Shown here in pieces: positions 29,291 through 46,592 of a stretch of 64,000 nt of DNA. The notes beneath the pieces were generated by a model, which searched no databases, was not told the DNA's origin, and saw only the letters and a program-made list of their open reading frames with translations. Position 1 is the stretch's first letter, and each line of letters starts with the position of its first letter. The stretch is from the human T2T-CHM13v2.0 reference genome, Homo sapiens: the NCBI RefSeq assembly GCF_009914755.1, contig NC_060930.1. One strand, written 5' to 3'. The position numbers and the translations under genes were made by a program.

Positions 29291-29850
29291 GCCCTTGATG
29301 CTACTGTGTCATCATCCTTTTCAACTTAATTTTTACCAGCCCATGTCTGAGTTTGTCAGTACATGTATCAGACCTTATCCTTTTGCAGAGATGCCTTGAT
29401 GGCCTGAATGCCCATTGCCAGAGATATGAAAAAAAAGGCAGAGCAGACACATATGATCCAGGAAAGAGTGTGTGGCTGCAGGTGACCCCAGAGCCTTGTT
29501 GGAGGACAGCAATTTGAAAGCCTTGAATCTACCAGTCCTCATAACATCTCTGGATTGATAATGTCCTGAGGCAGAGCAAGAGGATTCTAGAGCTTTGGGG
29601 ACTAGCCTTTGTGTCCGCAGCCCCACATGCACGTTTCTTCCTGACCTCTGACTCACGCTCTACAGTTGAGCATATTGACACCTTCCATGTCCCCCATTTC
29701 TTCACCTGTACGATGGGAATGGTGGTCATAGATGTCCCTGACATACTGAGGTGGGGACAAGACTTAAGACAATTTTGTTAAGTACTGAGTGCTCCAAAAA
29801 AAAAAAAAATTGAAGAGACCAAAGTGAAAGTGAACACAATAGTAAATCCT

Positions 29851-30162
<312 letters not shown>

Positions 30163-30509
30163 TAAATCCTTTCTTTCTCCCAAGAGAAAACTTCAAGAAA
30201 ATCCTCATCTTTGTTTCAGCCACTCACCTGTTTTAAGGCTTCACTATCTAAGTTCCCTTTAAGAGCCCCCAGAGAACATTCAGAAATGCACTGCTCCCCA
30301 TAATGGGAAAGCTGCACAACAGAAGGACTAGGTGGAGGAAGAATATAGAGGTCTAAACCAACTCCTTGTTTTTAATAGAACTCAATTGGGAGTGATAAAG
30401 CTTATATGATTTGCCAAAGATCATGTGACTAATTAGTGATGCCCTGGGGTGAATCCTGTGATATCATACTTCTTAGAATTATTCACAGGAACCTTCCCCG
30501 TACTTCCAC

Positions 30510-31200
<691 letters not shown>

Positions 31201-32047
31201 ATCTAAAGAGATGTGAAGAACCGCCCGGATGAGGTTAAGTCAGGGTCAGAGAAGCTAAGGCAGATGATGTCATAGATATGTCATCTTTTGCTGAAATCTT
31301 CATGGTGTATGTTTTCAGGGATTTTAAAGACCTATAACTTAACATGCACTAGTCTGTTATATGTACTTTAGCTTAAAGTCACCAACGGGAAGAAGATGTT
31401 AACAGCATGAATGGTAAAGGGGACAGAGCAGAGCTCAGGAATAAGGATTGGGGAACAGAATGGGAGCGGTCACAAAAGTGTAGCTCAAGATGAGAATCCA
31501 GATAGAGATAAGGGTGCAATTGGGTGGAGCTCTGAAGATGAACAGGAGATAACGTCTGATAAACTCTGACCTAGCTGGCTTCATGACGAGACATCTGAAA
31601 GATAACAGGGGCAGGCCATGATGAGAAAGTATATCCAGGATTAGCAAGAGAGGTGAAGGTAAGGAGATGCCACGGCAGAGTAATTACTGGCAATTTTGTT
31701 GATTGGAAGAAGGCATTCTTTGCCAAGGATTCTAAATGTCACAGCATGGAATCACAATTATGACAATTTTATATGTGTGACAATGCAATAATAAAATGAA
31801 TAATGCTTCACCAATGAATGATGTTCTAGAAGGTATGGGATATTATCTGCCATCACTCATCTTCCTCCTTTTCTTATTTAGCATCATCATGAAAAAAAAA
31901 AGGGGGGGGCTATGGAGTCACAAGCCTGGTTTTAGACTCCAGTTTTGCCAAATTTTTCCTGAATATCATGAGACTCATTTTTCTCATCACTAAATGGGGA
32001 TATTAGTAACCTGCTGCACAGGATGTTTGTAAGAACAAAGCGAGTTC

Positions 32048-32181
32048 AGCTGGGTGCAGTGACTCACACTTGCAGTCCTAGCACTTTGGGAGGCCAAGGC
32101 AGGAGGCTGCAGTGAGCCGAGATCCTGCCACTGCACTCCAGCCTAGGCAACAGAGCAACACTCCGTCTAAAAAAAAAAAAA
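32048..32181 (+). mobile_element. Internally deleted, monomer-length Alu inside a MIR
   Basis: 5' Alu joined to 3' end at ggagg; TSD aagaacaaagcgagtt. Confidence 0.85.
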
Positions 32182-32251
32182 GAACAAAGCGAGTTTATAT
32201 GTGTAAAGAGCCTAGTACATAATATGCTCTCAAGAAGTGTTTGCTTTTTCT

Positions 32252-32736
<485 letters not shown>

Positions 32737-33198
32737 TGAGAAAAGAAAATAGAGTCTAGCAAAGAAAAAGATTAAGGCCACCAAGCATATTCTATCTCTC
32801 CCTGGGTTTTATGGTCACCCTGGTTTTGATTCAAATGTACTTCAATCTTGGCTGATTTCTTTCCACCTGGCAAAGGCTGCCTAGCGCCTCATACAATACA
32901 CACTTGCTCTGCCACTCCAAATGGATCTGTTGCTTTAACTTAAGGTCTTGCTTTCAGAGTGGAGCCAGGAAACTAATTGTGTATATAGGAAATATTTGTG
33001 ATTTCCTAACACTTCCACTTTCTGATTCTAAAAAATGTGCACCTCACGTCAGTGATCACAACCCACTGATCACCCCTCACCAATTTCTCACTATCCTAGG
33101 TACACACCGCTCACCCTACAGCATCCCAGAATGGCCCCAGCATTTACCCAAACTCTCAGGATCAGTGCCAGCCACACCACACACTGGCTACGTTTTTA

Positions 33199-33612
<414 letters not shown>

Positions 33613-33844
33613 TTAGAGGATGACTTGGCCAAAAGATTCTACTAGAAAAGTACTCCATTCTATTTTCTAAATTCTGACTACTAATGAGTTGAAATCAGTT
33701 CGTGCATCATTTCCATTCTCTCAAATCACTCAAAAGGTGCCTAAAATTTCTTTTTTTTTCATATGCTCCAAGGTCTGTAATAGACGCACAATAAATGGGA
33801 TTATTATTTGTTTGCATAGACTGTTGTTAGAGGTATGTATTCTA

Positions 33845-34103
<259 letters not shown>

Positions 34104-34303
34104 AAAAAGTGAAAACTGAAAATAAAAAATTTAAAATTAAAAAAACAGCTATCCCAGAATAATTTCTAGAAGGCAAATCAAAGCAGACAAGACATAATGG
34201 CCAATATCAAAAGCAAAACAAAGTCAAGGATAGGGAACTTCATTACCTGTACCTTCCCTTTTTATATTGGGACATATTTTCATTCAAGAAATTTTATCAG
34301 ACT

Positions 34304-34603
34304 GGCCGGGCGCAGTGGCTCATGCCTGTAATCCCAGCACTTTGGGAGGCTGAGGTGGACAGATCACCTGAAGTCAGGAGTTCGAGACCAGCCTGGCCAA
34401 CATGGTGAAACCCCATCTCTACTAAAAATACAAAAATTAGCCAGGCGTGGTGGTGCATACCTGTAATCCCAGCTATTCAGGAGGCTAAGGCAGGAGAATT
34501 GCTTGAACCTGGGAGGCGGAGGTTGCAGGGAGCCAAGATCATCATGCCGTTGTACTCCAGCCTGGGCAACAAGAGTGAAACTCCATTTCAAAAAAGAAAA
34601 AAA
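34304..34603 (+). mobile_element. AluS
   Basis: TSD aaatt(t/g)tatcagac. Confidence 0.9.
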
Positions 34604-35067
34604 ATTGTATCAGACAGATAAATGACAGGTGGGGCTGCATCATTCAATAGTGAAGACTAATTCTTCTTGTAGAAAAAAGGCAGCAGCCCAGACACCTCTC
34701 CAAGTAGTAAGGGAACCTTAGCAGAAGGGCTTTAGCTCACAAAATTTACTCCAGAGATCAGTATTTTATAATTTTATTAGTGTTATTACTAAATTAATAT
34801 TTCCATATATGGATACCAGTTTATATTTTCAAATTACTTTCATAGCCAGCATGTCATCAGACAGATCATCAAAAAAAGAAACAAAAGCAGGTATTATTAA
34901 CACCATATTTCACATTAGACTCCTCAGGCCTAAAGAAGTTAGATAACATGCCTAAAATTAGAGCTTAAAAATTCATTGTTACTCTTCATGGAATCAATGT
35001 GGTTTTATTTCCGAACCTAAAACAGTGGGTTCCTTGAAGAGGGGCACTGGTTCCAAATTTCTCCAGG

Positions 35068-35470
35068 TGTCATAGGCTAAAATCTGTACCCCCATCTCTC
35101 CCTCAACTAATTCCAAAATGATTTGTTGAAGCCCTAACCCCCAGTACCTCAGAATGTGACTATATTTGGAGATCGGGCCTTTATAGAGGTAATTAAGGTA
35201 AACAGATCATACGGTGGGCTCTAACCCAATATGGTTGGTGTCCTCATAAGAAGCGGGGATGAGGCCACAGACACACACAGAGGGAAGACCACGTGAGAAC
35301 ACAGGAAGCAGATGGCCATCTACAAGCCAAGAGGACAGGTCTCAGGAGAAACCAATCCTGCCTTCACCTGGATCTCAGACTTGTAGACTCCAGAGCTGTG
35401 AGGAAATAAGTTTCTGCTGTTTAAGCCACTCTGTCCATGGTATGTTGTCATGTCAGCCCAGCTAACTACA
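35068..35470 (+). mobile_element. MLT1 (MaLR) LTR, MLT1B-like
   Basis: gaagccctaacccccagtacctcagaatgtgactatatttggagat...gctaactaca. Confidence 0.8.
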
Positions 35471-36835
35471 TGCTGGGTACTCTTGATTCCTAGCTCTCTG
35501 TGGTTGTAAAAATTCTCATTGGTAGGTCCCAAGAGTTACAGAATCATCAGCTAGCGCCTTGAAGCCCTATGCACCCTTGTGTTGTGATACTGGTGGTCTC
35601 CAAATAGATAGAAAGTCAATGACACTTACCTGTCTGCTGTAGTCAGTGCTGGGTGTGAGCCCACTCATGGCCTCTAACTTCACCCAATCTCCCTCGAATT
35701 TCAGCTTCACCTACCAGCTGAAAGACCAAGCAGGTCTCACTGAGACACTGGGATGGCTTCTTACAAGAGACCGCACACCTCTGAAACATGTCCATAAGGG
35801 CAACTCTATGTGAGGGATAGAGTGACAGAAAAAGAACATCCTAATCTATCATTTTTTCAATAGAGCAGTTATACCCCAAGCAGAATCAAGGCTTTAGGAT
35901 CACCTAAAACACATGATTTAAGATGAATAGTCCTTGCATTCTGGTGAGGAGAAAGCTGTGTTTGGTTTGAGCACATGTTCACTTCCCGGTAGATATACAT
36001 TTAGGTGCTGGGTCTTCCAGCCATCTGGAGTGACCACATTTTGAGATGAATGTATTTCCTCCTAGGATCTGACTGTCAGCCATACACCTCAGCCTTCCAT
36101 GGTAATCAATTTAAATGTGGAGAAGGACATGCAGGAAGCAGATAATGGCTTACTAGGGACACATGGTCCCAACTAAACCATGGAACAAACACAAGGGAAT
36201 ATGATCCCAAGGAAGCAGTCAGGCTCCCTGGACATTATTCCATAATTATTCCACGTTTTCCCAAACCCAGTGGATGCAACACACTCAGACTCATGTCTTC
36301 CAAGAGAACATTTCCTAGAGCCTTCTTTTCTTCATAATTTTTCCTTCAGTCTTTCAAGGGAGCATCTTCAAGGAGTCAACAGCTGCTTACTGAGCCCCTG
36401 CAATTGGTGTGGCACAACCCCTCCTCCTTCTTAGGGGCTTACAATCTAACTGTAAAGAAATATTCCACAGACCTGAGATGTTTCAGAATTAGGCCTTGTG
36501 TAATGCAAGTTACCTGTATGATGTACCATGTGTCTATCTATAACAGACTGTATGTCCATGAGGACCCAGGTATACATCTGTATTTGCTCACGCTTTTGTT
36601 CCCAGTACTTAAAACAATAACTTGCCCTTCCTAGCTAATCATAAATACAATTGAATAAAGTATATATAATAAAATGTAACTGAAGTGCAAGGAAAGAAAA
36701 CATCAATGAAGTTCAGAGTTATGGAGGTGACTTTATGAAGGAAATGAGCTGAGTATCAGAAAATCAGAGGTCTTCTCACATGAAGGCATGAACAATGGAA
36801 AAGACGGACAAGACATGAGGGGAAGTTCGAAATTC

Positions 36836-36875
<40 letters not shown>

Positions 36876-36963
36876 TAGAGATGGGGTCTCACTACATTGC
36901 CCAGGCTAATCTCAAACTCCTGAGCTCCAGCAATCCTCCCACCCTGGTTTCCCAAAGTGCTGG
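36836..36963 (-). mobile_element. Alu left monomer, part 1 (split by LTR12C), with (TG)n
   Basis: Reverse Alu arm breaks at cccaaagtgctgg. Confidence 0.85.
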
Positions 36964-38353
36964 TGAGAGGTGATAGCGTGCTGGCAGTCCTCAGAGCCCT
37001 CGCTTGCTCTCGGCACCTCCCCTGCCTGGGCTCCCACTTTGGCGGCATTGGAGGAGCCCTTCAGCCCCCGCACTGCACTGTGGGAGCCACTTTCTGGGCT
37101 GGCCAAGGCTGGAACCCACTCCCTCAGCTTGCAGGGAGGTGTGGAGGGAGAGGCGCGAGCGGGAACTGGAGCTGCGTGCGGTGCTTGCGGGCCAGCTGGA
37201 GTTCCGGGTGGACGTGTGCTTGGCGGGCCCCGCACTCGGAGCAGCCGGCCAGCCCTGCTGGCCCCGGGCAATGAGGGACTTAGCACCCGGGCCAGCGGCT
37301 GTGGAGGGTGCACTGGGTCCCCCAGCAGTGCCGGCCCACCGGTGCTGCACTCGATTTCTCACCGAGCCTTAGCTGCCTTCCCGCGGGGCAGGGCTCGGGA
37401 CCTGCAGCCCGCCATGCCTGAGCCTCCCACCCCCTCCATGGGCTCCAGTTGCGCCCGAGCCTCCCCTACGAGCACCACCCCCTGCTCCACGGCTCCCAGT
37501 CCCATCTACCACCCAAGGGCTGAGGAATGCGAGCGCACGGCGCATGACTGGCAGGCAGCTCCACCTGCAGCCCCGGTGCGGGATCCACTAGGGGAAGCCA
37601 GCTGGGCTCCTGACTCTGGTGGGGACGTGGAGAGTCTTTATATCTAGCTCAGGGATTGTAAACACACCAATCAGCACCCTGTGTCTAGCTCGAGGTTTGT
37701 GAGTGCACCAATCGACACTCTGTATCTAGCTGCTCTAGTGGGGCCTTGGAGAACCTGTGTGTCCAAACTCTGTATCTAACTAATCTGATGGGGACGTGGA
37801 GAACCTTTGTATCTAGCTCAGGGATTGTAAACGCACCAATCAGCGCCCTGACAAAACAGACCACTCGGCTCTACCAATCAGCAGGATGTGGGTGGGGCCA
37901 GATAAGAGAATAAAAGCACGCTGCCCGAGCCAGCATGGGCAACCCGCTCGGGTACCTTTCCACACTGTGGAAGGTTTGTTTTTTCGCTCTTTGCAATAAA
38001 TCTTGCTACTGCTTACTCTTTGGTTCCATGCTGTATTTATGAGCTGTAACACTCACCGCAAAGATATGCAGCTTCACTCCTGAGCCCAGCGAAACCACGA
38101 ACCCACCAGCAGAAAAGAACGACTCCAGACGCGCTCCCTTAAGAGCTGTAACACTCACCGTGAAAGTCTACAGCTTCACTCCGGAGCCAGCGAGACCACG
38201 AACCCACCCAAAGGAAAAAACTCCAAACACATCTTAACATCAGAAGGGATAGACTCCAGACGTGCCACCTTAAGAGCTGTAACACTCACCGCGAGGGTCA
38301 GCGGCTTCATTCTTGAAGTCAGTGAGACCAAGAAGCCACCAATTCCAGACCGA
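36964..38353 (+). mobile_element. Solo LTR12C (ERV9/HERV9)
   Basis: Starts TGAGAGGTGA..GTGCTGGCAGTCCTCA; CpG-rich U3; CCAAT repeats; U5 repeats; ends ccaattccagac; 4-bp TSD ctgg. Confidence 0.93.
37660..37945 (+). promoter_or_regulatory. LTR12C promoter (NF-Y CCAAT boxes, GT box, GATA, AATAAAA TATA-equivalent)
   Basis: CCAAT at 37667, 37708, 37836, 37874; GGGTGGGG; AGATAA 37900; AATAAAA 37909. Confidence 0.65.
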
Positions 38354-38387
38354 CTGGGATTTCAGGCGTGAATCACTGCACCCAGCC
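38354..38387 (-). mobile_element. Alu left monomer, part 2
   Basis: ctgggatttcaggcgtgaatcactgcacccagcc resumes the Alu. Confidence 0.85.
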
Positions 38388-38819
38388 AAAGTCCGCAATT
38401 CTTAAACTCACATCGACTCCCAAGTCTACTCGGTCCACTAGGGTTTTTTTCACTGCCCATCAGCCCCAAAAGATGTTACTCTTGCAGGGGTCGCTCAGAG
38501 TCCGTGATGCATCTGGGTATTCTCCCCCTCACTCACACTCTCAACTCCTTTTTTTCTCTCCATCTTATGTAGAACTCAGCTCCCAAATCTGGGTAAACCA
38601 CAGCTGTCATCTGTTCAGCCTCTGCCTCCAGCGGAACACCACCAGAGGAAACCATACAATTGTACTTACAGGTTTTGTTTTAAATGTAGATTTTATTTTA
38701 AATCTACAAACAAAAATCTCAAGTGGCTTTTTCCAAAGCTGCCAAACGCTAGCGGTTCTGTCAATTCAGTGTCTCAACTTCCAGAATGACGATTTCATGC
38801 CTTTCTTTCCCCAAAACTC

Positions 38820-40615
38820 TTAAGACTCCTTCCTCCCTCTCTTTGATGACACTGATTTCTTAGAAGAAAAAAAGAGAAACAATAAAGGATTCATCCTCCT
38901 TTCACACAAGCCAATTCTACCGACGTTTCTTCCAGCCCTAGCTAACTACAGGCCAGGTACTCTTGATTCCTAGTTCTCTGTGGGTGTAAAAATTCTCATT
39001 GGTAGATTCCAAGAGTTACTTTCTGCAACCCTAACTCTTTTTCCCATTCCCTCCTAAATCTGTTCACTTTTGCTCTAAAGCTCACACCCCCTAGCCTGTT
39101 TACAGGCTCAGCAACTCCTATTATCTCCTTCTTCCGATTCACCTATTCTCCCCTTTCTTCTGAGTTACTTCTATTACTTCTATCTATATACAAAAATGTT
39201 TTCATAATTCCCCTATTTGAAAAATCCACCCTTGACCCTACATCCCCATTTTTTCTCCCCTTCTCAGCAAAACTTGAAAGAACTATTGCTACTTGCTGTC
39301 TCCACTTCTTTACTTTTTTAATTCATTTCATTCAGAATTTCATCCCCACTGTTCAACTGCAGCTGCTCATGTTAGGGTCATGATGTAGAATCTAGTATTC
39401 AATTATCTGTCCTCAGTTTATTCCCAGCAGGATTTGACACTTGTTCCTCTTTGAAACATTATGGTGGGCAGGACAACATGCCCTTCTGAGTTTCCTCCTA
39501 TTTCACGGGCCATTCCTTCTCAATTTTCCCTGTTAGCATCTCATTCTTAACATCATCCATTAAATATTGGAGTGTCTCTGAGCTCAGTCTCTTCCTCAGG
39601 GCAAGCACCTCCCTCCCCATGTGATGTCTTCTCGATCAATGGCTTTAAATACCATCTACACGCTGGTAACTCCCAAAGTTTATTTCCAGCTCCGATCTTT
39701 ATCTTAAATTCCAGACAGCTGTATCTTTTTAATATTCTATATAGTCACTTAAAACTATAAAAACAGAGCTCTTAATTTTCCAATCTAAACCGTCTCCTCT
39801 CCCGATCATCTTCATCTCAGAAAATTGCCCCATAAATCATCCAGTTGCTCAAAATACAAACCTAGGAGTCATCCTTGACCCCTCTCTTTCTGTCCTACTG
39901 GGCATCCAGTCCACGATTATTGAGTCCTTTCTCGATCTCTTAAAACACATACTGAGCCCTCCCTACCACCTTTCCCCGCTTCCACTGCCATCTCCATACT
40001 GCAGACCACCATCAGCTTACACTTGTACTCTACAACAGCCAAGCCACTGGTCTTCCTACAGCCTTCTTTCTCCACTACAGAATATTCTCCAAGAGCAGCC
40101 AGGGTATTCTTAAACTGTAAGTCAGCTTGCCTTGCTCTCCTGCTTAATTCCTACCAATAGCTTCCCATTGCACTTAGAATAAAATATGAAATCCTTATTG
40201 TAGCCTACAAGTCCCTGGTGATCTAGCTACTGGCTGCTTCTCCTCATCCTACACTTCTGCTCCTTGACCCCTCCTCTCCACCCACCCCAATCTTCATGCT
40301 GTTCAAAGAGCAATGCTTGTTCTTTTCCACCTCTTCCTGCAATGCTTTCCACCGCAAACTCCCATCACGGCCACCAGTTCAGGTCTCTGCTCAGATGTGA
40401 CCTCCACAGAGTGCTTCCCCTGTCCACCAAACGGGAAATAAAAATACCTCCAGGCCCTGGTCACTGCCATATCCTGCCTCCCTTTCTTCCCAGCATTCAT
40501 CACTTTATGAAACTGTATTATTTACTAGTTTGTTTATGATTTGTTTGTCTTCCCTTCTAGAATATGCATTTAATAGAGGAAGAAAACTTTGCTTGGCTTC
40601 TTTGTCACTGTAAAA
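38820..40615 (+). mobile_element. Long L2 (L2a-like) fragment
   Basis: atggctttaaataccatcta, acctaggagtcatccttgac, ctcagatgtgacctcc, L2-type 3' end. Confidence 0.75.
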
Positions 40616-40649
40616 ACAAATCCAAGATGAGACATTTAGAAAATACTGC

Positions 40650-41354
<705 letters not shown>

Positions 41355-42074
41355 TCATTTCCACGAATCCATCAAACCAAAATCTCCACATTAATAGAAG
41401 CACTTTCATGTTACCAATTTTGGAAAACAGCTGTTGTGAGCCTGAGCCTGAAGTCAGTAGACTTTCTGTCCTGTCCCACAGTCTAGCACACACTCTGATT
41501 GAGCACTCTTGAAATTAAAGTGTGTGGTTGCCAGATCTGGATTCCCATCAACAGGTGCATTCTTTGAATGGATTCAGGCTATCTGTTGCTAAAAATATCT
41601 GTCGTGGAGAACAGATACCCTAATAGAATTGCCGTGACCACCCTGAAGCATTGAAGAATGTGAACTCCTGGAGGTCAGGATATCCAACCCACTATTACCT
41701 GCAAAATAAACTTCAAACATAGACGAAGGAAGTTCCTTGTTTATATGAGACACTGTGCACAGCAGGTAGTAACAATATTGCCCCTAGGACCATATTCATG
41801 GAGACATTAAAGCAGGTAAAACTTAGGGTGAGAAGAGGTTGCTGGGCACCGATGCACTTCACTTCCTGATCCACAGCTTTTACTGTCAGCCCCAAACTAA
41901 GAACACTCCATAGTTTCCACTTGTCCCAGCCTGACACTCACCTTTCCCTGACCCTTCCCTAGGAAGATCCTCCTTGCCATCTCCTACCTGCCCCTTAGAC
42001 AGGCTGCCCTCCTTACAGTTCTCTGCAAAAATATACTTATTCCCCACTTTAAACTGTTCATCAAACTTTTCTCT

Positions 42075-42430
42075 CTGTCAGTCTCTTTGGGCTGCTAAAA
42101 CAAAATAATTTAGAGTGGGTCATTTATAAAGAGTGGAAATGTATTGCTCCAAGTTGGAGAGGCTGGGAAGTCCAGGATCAAGGTGCAGCAGTTTCTGGCG
42201 TCTGGGGAGGGCCTCTTCCTCATAGCTGGTGCCTCCTTCCTGCACCTTCACATGGTGGAAGCGGCAAACAGTCTCCCTCAGATGTCTTTTACAAAAGCAC
42301 TAATCCCATTCATGATGGTTGCGTCTTCATGACCTAATCACCTCCCGAAGCCCCATCCTCTTTAATACCACCATATTGCAGATCATGCTTCCACACATGA
42401 ATTCTGGGGGGACACATTCAGACCATAGCA
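42075..42430 (-). mobile_element. MaLR LTR (MLT1A/MST-like)
   Basis: gggctgctaaaacaaaa...ggctgggaagtccaggatcaagg...cattcagaccatagca. Confidence 0.8.
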
Positions 42431-42454
42431 TCTTCTCCTTTTGTTCCAGCTTAA

Positions 42455-42991
<537 letters not shown>

Positions 42992-43034
42992 TATGTTAAT
43001 AGCAATTAAAAACTACTACTTCTCCAGTGGAGTC

Positions 43035-43505
43035 TGTCTTAGTCCATTTTCTTTTTGTTATTTTTTTTCTCCACACCATGATTCTGTAATAGTTTATTTT
43101 CTGTTGTTTATAACAGAATACTTGAAACTGAATGATTTAAAAAGAAAAGGTATTTATTTTGTACAGTTCTGGAGGCTGGGAATTCCAAGGCTGAGGGGCC
43201 ACGTTTAATGAGAGCCTCCTGCTGGTGAGGACTCTGCAGAGTCCTGAGGTGGTGCAGGGTGTCACATCAGAGGAGCTGAGTAGGCCAGCTCAGGACTCTC
43301 TTCCTCTTTTTACAAAGCCACCAGTTCCAGTCCCATAATAACCCATCAATCCACGGACTGGTTAATCCATGAATCCATGAATGGATTAATCCGTTCATGG
43401 AGGCAAAGCCCTCAAGACCTAATCACCTCCAAAAGGCCCCACGTCTCAATACTGCCACATTGGGAGTTAAGTTTCAACATGAGCTTTGGAGGGGACATTC
43501 AAGAC
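43035..43505 (-). mobile_element. MaLR LTR (MST-like)
   Basis: tgtcttagtccattt...cagttctggaggctggga...tttcaacatgagctttggaggggaca. Confidence 0.75.
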
Positions 43506-43550
43506 ACGCAGGGCCCCACACCTTCCCCCTACCTGTTCCCCTGCCTCCTA

Positions 43551-43822
<272 letters not shown>

Positions 43823-44441
43823 TCACGATTTTCAAAAGAGATGGCATTGACCCATGTGGCCTATCCCTATCTAGCTAGAGCTCATGCTAATCAAGTGGGA
43901 AATTGCCATTCGGAAATTAGCCTGAGCAGGAGAAATCCTCTCCCAAACACCAACATCTTTCCGCAAATGTACACACAGAACTTTCACCCCAGGTTCATCA
44001 GTAATGCCCATCAATTTGTTGCATCAACCTGGTTCCACCCTGTACCTGCTCACACATCTAGCAAGCTTGGATTAAGTGTCTGGAAAGTGCTGGAGTCAAG
44101 GATTGAAGCAAGAGCTGGTGAGCACAGAGAGGAGAGCGAGCAGTCCAGGGGAGCCAGGGAAAGCCGCACCGAAGGCAAGACTTGGCTGAGTTCTGAAGAA
44201 TGAATAAGAATCTGTCAGGAGACAGAACAACCTGGACAAACCGAGAGGACATTATGCCCAGTGAAATAAGCCAGGGACACACAGACAGATGCCTGCATGA
44301 TCTCACTTACATGTGGAATCTAAAAAAGTCAAACTCATAGAAGCAGAGAAAAGAATGATGATTACCAGGGGCTGAGGGTGGAGGAAATGGGAGATGCTGG
44401 TCAAAGGGGACAAAGTTTCAGTGATAAGATAAATAAATTCA

Positions 44442-44567
44442 AGCCGGGCACAGCGGTACGTGCCTGTAGTCCCAGCTACTCAGGAGGCTGAGGCAGAAGG
44501 ATCCCTTGAGGTCAGGAGTTGGAGTCGAGCCTGGGCAACCAAGTGAGATCCCATCTATGAAAAGAAA
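44442..44567 (+). mobile_element. FLAM-like Alu monomer
   Basis: Monomer; flanked by aagat(a/g)aataaattc. Confidence 0.8.
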
Positions 44568-44645
44568 GATGAATAAATTCTGGAGACCTAATGCACAGCT
44601 GCTGACTAGAGTTAATAATTCTGTACTGTATACTTGAAATTTGCT

Positions 44646-44903
<258 letters not shown>

Positions 44904-45215
44904 TCAAGTGTTCTTACCACACACAAAAAAATTTTAACTAGGTGAGGTGATAGAAATTAAAAACTCACTTGATTGTACGATCATTTCACAATGCACACTA
45001 TATCAAATCATCACATTATATATGTTAAATTTATACAACTATATTTGTCAATTCTACCTCAATAAAGCTGAAGAAATCAATAACCAATGAAAGAGTTTTA
45101 AGTGTTAAACTAAAATGGTGTAGAAGAGGATAGAAAAAATTTTGTTACATTTTTCTCACACATTATTTAATTATTGCAACTAAGATGCTCCAATTATCAC
45201 TCTTAACTAGTCTTA

Positions 45216-45392
45216 TTTTTTGTGTGTATGTGTGGGGTTTTTTCTGAGACAGGATCTTACTCTGTCTCCCAGGCTGGAGTGCAGTAGTACGATCATATCT
45301 CTCTGCAGCCTCCAATTCCCGGGCTCAAGCAACTCTCCTGTCTCGGCCTCCCAAATGGCTGGGATTATAGGTGCAAGTGACTGCACCTGTCC
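45216..45392 (-). mobile_element. Monomer-length Alu
   Basis: Reverse Alu motifs. Confidence 0.75.
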
Positions 45393-45973
45393 TTACTGTT
45401 TTGTTTAAATTACAGCATTTGTGTAACAGAAAAGTAGATCATACAAAATAATATGCAATTTCAAATAAACACCCATTTTTTTTCATGAAATGAAATAAAA
45501 TTAATGTGTCAGGAAGAGAGTTAAGAGGACCTTGGGCAGGGATGAAAAGCCTGGAATGGTGAGGGGTGACTGCATGGGAAAGGACCGGAAGTACAACTTG
45601 CCTGGAGTGTGGGGTACCCGTGCCTGAACCCCACCAGCAAAGCTGCAGAGGTCTGGGAGTGTGAGTCTGTAGGGGAAAATATAATAACCTTATGTGCCAT
45701 ATTCAGGATTTAAGGAGTGGGGACTTGACTTTGTAGGGCTTCAGAAAACCCATGAAGATTTTAAGAATTTCCACTTAAATAAATTACATCATCAACAGAT
45801 TAGAGAATAGACTTTTCTTAGCCTGTTTGGGCTGCTATAAGAAAATACAGTTGAGCCTTGAACTGTATGGGGGTGTTTGGAGTGCCAACTCCTGTGCAGT
45901 AGAAAATCCACGTATAACTTTTGACTCTCCAAAAACTTAACTACTAATAGCCTACTGTTGACCAGAAGCCTTA

Positions 45974-46592
45974 TGTAGTAGTACGTTCTGGCATTGCTAT
46001 AAAGAAATACCTATAAACAAAAGAGGTTGGCCGGGTGCGTTGGCTCACACCTGTAATGCCAGCACTTTGGGAGGCCGAGGCGGGCAGATCATGAGGTCAG
46101 GAGTTCGAGACCAGCCTGACCAACATGATGAAACCCCGTCTCTACTAAAAATACAAAAATTAGCTGGGAGTGGTTGTGCACACCTGTAATCCCATCTACT
46201 CAGGAGAATCGCTCGAACCCAGGAGGCAGAGGTTGCAGTGAGCCGAGATCGCACCACTGTACTCCAGCCTGGGCGACAGAGCAAAGCATGGCAGCATCTG
46301 TTGGCTTCTAGGTAGGCCTCGGGAAACTTACAATCATGGTGGAAGGTGAAGAGGGAGACAACATGTCACGTGGTCGAGGCAGGAGGAAGAGAGAGAGGGT
46401 GAAGGTGCCACATACTTTCACACAATCAGATCTCGTGAGAACCCTATCATGAGAACAGCACTGGGGAGAAGGTGCTAAAGCATTAGAAACCGTCCCCATG
46501 ATCAAATCACCTCCCACCAGGCCCCACCTCCAACACTGGGGATTCCAACTGAATATGAGATTTGGGTGGGAACACAGATCCAAACCACGTCA
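45974..46592 (-). mobile_element. MST (MSTA/B-like) LTR
   Basis: TG...CA termini; 5-bp TSD cctta; acttacaatcatggtggaaggtgaa. Confidence 0.85.
46029..46285 (+). mobile_element. AluS (tail deleted) inside MST
   Basis: Alu body without poly-A. Confidence 0.88.

Noticed and set aside
36776-37647. 225-aa and overlapping GC-rich ORFs; apparent CpG island
   Set aside because: Lie in the LTR12C U3 region; typical LTR12 artefact, not a host gene or gag/pol.
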